DNA from: an uncultured Chloroflexota bacterium
Lineage (GTDB): Bacteria > Chloroflexota > Limnocylindria > Limnocylindrales > CSP1-4
Assembly: GCA_903928275.1 (NCBI GenBank)
Contig: CAIYQJ010000155.1
Span: 1-58,601, forward strand
Length of the DNA: 58,601 nucleotides
Direction: 5' to 3'
Below the pieces are notes generated by a model. That model saw nothing but the letters and a program-made list of their open reading frames with translations. It did not search any database and had not been told where the DNA came from. The translations under genes and the position numbers were made by a program. This document shows positions 55,272 to 58,601 of this stretch, in pieces (position 1 is the first letter of the stretch; each line of letters starts with the position of its first letter).

Positions 55272-55315
55272 GCCGGCGGCACGCGGCGGCACGCGGCGGC
55301 ACGTCGGCCGCCGGC
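55272..55315 (+). terminator. GC hairpin whose loop carries a 10-bp x3 tandem repeat; likely nrdJ-HEPN terminator
   Basis: GCCGGCGGC (55272-55280) is the reverse complement of GCCGCCGGC (55307-55315). CGGCGGCACG is repeated exactly three times (55274-55303). The element is flanked by direct repeats of TGACGCCGCGC. Confidence 0.4.
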
Positions 55316-55575
55316 TGACGCCGCGCGCTCCTTCAGGACGACGCAAGGAACGCGTGAGAGGTTTCTCATGCAGGTCGGGCGGTTCCTGTGAACCCACACA
55401 AGCCCTGCCGCCGGCACGAGCCTAGAGTCGGTCCAGGATGGGGCGGCATGGGCCGCCCCGCACCCTGGGAGCTCGACGCCATGGTTCATCTCGATCGCGG
55501 CACCCGCACGATCCGGCGGACAGGCCGATAGCCTCGACCCCCGCCGTCCGCAGGACGTCACCGGCCGGCACCGAC

Positions 55576-56928
55576 GTGACCGCCTCCGCTCCGCGGCGGC
55601 ATCCCCCGCTGCCCCGGACGTGGGCGATCACCGGCCGCGACATCGCGGCGGCGCTCGTGGGCGTGGGCGTGATCGTCGTCGCCATGTGGGCCCGCCACGG
55701 CGGCCTGTCGCGCGATCCCGTCGCCGGGATCGGCCAGGTCACGGGGCTCCTGGGGACCTACCTCGCGCTCGTGGGCGTGCTGGCGGCGTCGCGGGCGCCC
55801 TGGCTGGACCAGACCGTGGGAGCCGATCGTCTCGCGGTCGTCCACCGCTGGACCGGATTCGCCGTGTTCTGGCTGCTGACCGCGCACGTCGCCTTCTCGT
55901 CGATCGCCTTCGCGGCCGCCGCGCACACCGGGATCGTCGACGACACGATCTCGCTCGTGCAGACGACGCCGGGGATGCTCGGCTCGATCGTCGGGTTCGG
56001 ACTGTTCGTGCTCGTGACCGTGACGTCGATCCGCTACGCCCGGCGCCGGGTCTCCTACGAGACGTGGCACGCGCTTCACCTGTACGCGTATCTCGCGATC
56101 GCCTTCGGCTTCCTCCACCAGCTCACGGTCGGCACGGACTTCATCACCGACCCGGTCGCCCAGGTCTTCTGGGTGGGCCTCTACGCGGTCGCGATCCTCC
56201 CGCTCGTCATCTACCGCTGGCTCCTGCCGATCGCGCATTTCGCCCGCCATCGGTTCGTCGTCGCGAACGTGGTTCGCGAGGCGCCGGACGTCGTCTCGGT
56301 CCACATCGGCGGGCATGACCTGTCGCGCTTCCCCGTCCGCTCGGGCCAGTGGTTCCGCCTGCGCTTCCTCACGTCGGACGCGTGGTGGCGGGCGCACCCG
56401 TACAGCCTCTCGGCCGCGCCCGACGGGCGCACGCTGCGCTTCACGATCAAGGCGCTCGGCGACGGGAGCGCGGGCGCCCGGTGGATCAGGCCCGGCACGC
56501 GCGTGATCCTCGAAGGACCGTACGGCGCCATGCACGGCGGGGCCCGTCGCAACAAGGGCTTCCTCCTCATCGCCGGCGGGATCGGGATCACGCCCCTCCG
56601 CGCGATCCTCGAGGGGGTCCGATACGACCCCGGCGACGTCGTGCTCCTCTACCGGGCCCGCGGCGAGGGCGAGATCATCTTCCGCCACGAGATCGACGTG
56701 CTCGCGGCGCATCGCGGCGCGACGGTCCACTACCTCGTGGGACCCCGGGGTCGGACGCCCGCGTCGGACCCGCTCGGGCCGGCCTCGATCGCCGCCATGG
56801 TCCCCGACGTCCTCTCGCGCGACGCCTTCATCTGCGGCCCCACGGGCCTGATGGACCTCGCTTCCGGCAGCCTGCGCGACCTCGGGGTCCCGGAGGCCCA
56901 CATCCACGCCGAACGATTCGCCTACTGA
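55576..56928 (+). CDS. Ferric-reductase-domain (NOX/FRE-like di-heme) membrane protein fused to an FNR-like FAD/NAD(P)H domain
   Basis: It has six TM helices with conserved His pairs (HRWTGF...LLTAH; HALHLYAY...FLH), the FAD motif HPYSLS and the NAD(P) motif IAGGIGITP. The start is uncertain between GTG 55576 and the longest-ORF ATG 55438. Confidence 0.8.
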   Translation: MTASAPRRHPPLPRTWAITGRDIAAALVGVGVIVVAMWARHGGLSRDPVAGIGQVTGLLGTYLALVGVLAASRAPWLDQTVGADRLAVVHRWTGFAVFWLLTAHVAFSSIAFAAAAHTGIVDDTISLVQTTPGMLGSIVGFGLFVLVTVTSIRYARRRVSYETWHALHLYAYLAIAFGFLHQLTVGTDFITDPVAQVFWVGLYAVAILPLVIYRWLLPIAHFARHRFVVANVVREAPDVVSVHIGGHDLSRFPVRSGQWFRLRFLTSDAWWRAHPYSLSAAPDGRTLRFTIKALGDGSAGARWIRPGTRVILEGPYGAMHGGARRNKGFLLIAGGIGITPLRAILEGVRYDPGDVVLLYRARGEGEIIFRHEIDVLAAHRGATVHYLVGPRGRTPASDPLGPASIAAMVPDVLSRDAFICGPTGLMDLASGSLRDLGVPEAHIHAERFAY

Positions 56929-56941
56929 TGGAGACGACACG

Positions 56942-57733
56942 ATGATCCCGCGTCGAGGGGCCTTCGGCCTCCTGTTCACGTTCCTCGGGTCCGCTCTCGT
57001 GGTGGCCTTCCAGACGTCCGATCCCGGACCTGCCCTGACGGGGAAGCCGATCGCGATCAGCCCGGTCGGAGCGGGATCCGGAATCGCGGCGGGCGCAGGT
57101 GCGGGGCCGGGCGGAGCAGCCGCGGGCGGAGCATCCGGCGGCGGGGCCAGCGGCGTGAGCGGGACGCCGAGTGGCGGGACGCCGAGCGCCGCACCGGGCG
57201 GCAGCGGAGCGCCGAGCGCCGGGGCATCGACGAGTCCGGGGACTGGTTCGGCGATTGGATCAGCGGCGGGCGCGGCTGGAGCCACGACCGGCAAGGGATC
57301 CACCGCGACAGCAGCTCCGTCGGCCACGCCCGCCGGCGCGACCTCGAAGCCGCGGGCGCACGCCACCCCCGCCCCGACGCCGACGCCCGCGCCGGTCCGG
57401 GCCACACCGGTCCCGGCCACGCCTGCTCCGACCCCCGCGCTGGCGGTGGGCGCCTACCGTGACGGCACGTACGACGGCACAGGGGAGCAGATCCCCTGGG
57501 GCGTCATCGCGGTCCGAGTGACGATCAGCGGCGGCAGGATCGTCGACGTCACGCCGACCTCGCTGTCGAGCGGCGGCCGTTCGACCCGCATCGACCAGTT
57601 CGCCGTCCCGATCCTCCACGACGAGGCGCTCGCGGCGCAGAGCGCGAACATCAACATGGTCTCCGGCGCCACCTGGACGAGCCAGGGGTATGCGGCGTCG
57701 CTCCAGAGCGCCCTCGACTCGGCGCGCGTGTAG
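56942..57733 (+). CDS. Membrane-anchored FMN-binding-domain protein with a long Gly/Ala/Ser/Pro/Thr linker
   Basis: It has an N-terminal TM (FGLLFTFLGSALVVAF), about 150 aa of low complexity, and a C-terminal FMN_bind-like domain containing the flavinylation-type motif MVSGATWTS. Confidence 0.8.
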   Translation: MIPRRGAFGLLFTFLGSALVVAFQTSDPGPALTGKPIAISPVGAGSGIAAGAGAGPGGAAAGGASGGGASGVSGTPSGGTPSAAPGGSGAPSAGASTSPGTGSAIGSAAGAAGATTGKGSTATAAPSATPAGATSKPRAHATPAPTPTPAPVRATPVPATPAPTPALAVGAYRDGTYDGTGEQIPWGVIAVRVTISGGRIVDVTPTSLSSGGRSTRIDQFAVPILHDEALAAQSANINMVSGATWTSQGYAASLQSALDSARV

Positions 57734-57738
57734 CGCTC

Positions 57739-58485
57739 GTGGCTCACGCCGTGGCGGACGTCATGGGGACCACCGTCTCGATCGACGTGCGCGATCCGGA
57801 CGTGGAATCGTCGGTCGTCGAGGCCGCGATCGACGAGCTGCGAGCGATCGAGGCCCGGTTCAGCCCCTTCATCGCCGAGAGCGAGGTGAGCCGCTACGGC
57901 CGTGGCGAGGTCTCCGCCGCGGCGATGAGCGACGACCTCGCGGAGGTCCTCGCGGCCTGTGAGCGGCTCCGACACGACACGGGCGGCGCGTTCGATCCGT
58001 GGAGGCACCGCGATGACGGGCGGTTCGACCCGTCCGGGTACGTGAAGGGCTGGGCCGGCGACCGCGCCGCGGACGTGCTCGGCGCCGCCGGTGCCCGTCG
58101 CTTCTCGATCAACCTCGGTGGCGACGTCGCCTGCGCCGGCGAGCCGGAGGCCGGGCAGCCCTGGCGGGTGGGGATCCGTCACCCGGACGTGGCGGCGGAG
58201 GTCGTCCTCGTGCTCGGCGTCCGCGACGGCGCCGTCGCCACGAGCGGTCGCTACGAGCGGGGCGACCACGTGCGCGACGCGCGCGACGGCGCGGCCGCGG
58301 ACCACTGGGACTCGTTCACGGTGGTCGCCACGACGCTCACCGAGGCCGATGCCCTCGCGACCGCCGGACTCCTGCTCGGGCGCGACGGGCCGGCGTTCGT
58401 CGCCTCGCGCGGGGCCGAGACGGCCGCGATCCGCGACGGGCGACTCTTCACCAGCGCCGGGATCGATCGGATCAGGCTGCAGTAG
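57739..58485 (+). CDS. apbE: FAD:protein FMN transferase (ApbE family), short form with no recognisable signal peptide
   Basis: It has VMGTTVSI at the N-terminus, then FDPSGYVKGWA, INLGGDV, VATSG and EADALATA. No in-frame ATG/GTG lies upstream of 57739 according to the ORF track. Confidence 0.8.
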   Translation: MAHAVADVMGTTVSIDVRDPDVESSVVEAAIDELRAIEARFSPFIAESEVSRYGRGEVSAAAMSDDLAEVLAACERLRHDTGGAFDPWRHRDDGRFDPSGYVKGWAGDRAADVLGAAGARRFSINLGGDVACAGEPEAGQPWRVGIRHPDVAAEVVLVLGVRDGAVATSGRYERGDHVRDARDGAAADHWDSFTVVATTLTEADALATAGLLLGRDGPAFVASRGAETAAIRDGRLFTSAGIDRIRLQ

Positions 58486-58563
58486 AGGCGGCGCGTCGGC
58501 GTCCGCGGTGGATCGAGCGCCGGGACGCGCCCTCGGCGGGCCCGGGCGCTCGGCAGTGAGCTG

Positions 58564-58601
58564 CTACGGCTGCTGGAGGCGCGTCGCCTCGGCCTCGTAG
58601 A
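58564..58601 (-). CDS. 3' end of an unidentified minus-strand CDS entering from downstream (...YEAEATRLQQP*)
   Basis: All twelve codons have G/C third positions, ending at TAG 58566-58564. It is too short to classify. Confidence 0.2.
   Translation of the reverse strand, partial: YEAEATRLQQP

Overview
This is a very GC-rich bacterial chromosomal segment. By eye it is well above 65% G+C, and third codon positions are almost always G/C. GGAGG-type ribosome binding sites, frequent GTG/TTG starts and ATGA/GTGA start-stop overlaps give it an Actinomycetota/Chloroflexota-like style, but the taxon cannot be fixed from sequence alone.

I can support about 50 protein genes and one tRNA-His. I see no rRNA, CRISPR array, transposase, integrase or phage genes. 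Most of the window is housekeeping or metabolic:
- a helicase-nuclease / SbcD-like / SbcC-like DNA-end-processing operon
- a cytosolic group-3b-type [NiFe]-hydrogenase cluster, interrupted by a VapBC toxin-antitoxin pair
- Zn-ADH, a GlcD-like oxidase and BioY
- a MacB-type ABC pair and a secreted CAP-domain protein
- an aldolase-HAD-DhaL-DhaK operon
- GH31, an LLM oxidoreductase, an orphan MsiK-like ATPase, NUDIX and NaPRTase
- GlgC, an M23 peptidase, an A24 peptidase and PepA
- adenosine deaminase, a NYN protein and an S33-like hydrolase
- CcsA
- an intein-containing class II ribonucleotide reductase (nrdJ) with an NrdR box
- a solitary HEPN protein
- a ferric-reductase / FMN-bind / ApbE trio

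I did not find a clear-cut novel multi-gene system. The most noteworthy items are:
- the full-length LAGLIDADG intein in nrdJ
- the NOX-like flavinylation trio, whose ApbE appears to lack a leader
- the helicase-nuclease + Mre11/Rad50-like module with two tiny coupled ORFs
- the unusual hydrogenase operon architecture (a cNMP-domain first gene, fused beta-gamma subunits, and a TA insertion)
- several exact short tandem-repeat arrays in intergenic regions
- an unresolved ~480-bp stretch at the left edge

Many very long ORFs in the supplied track are antisense shadow ORFs, and I rejected them.
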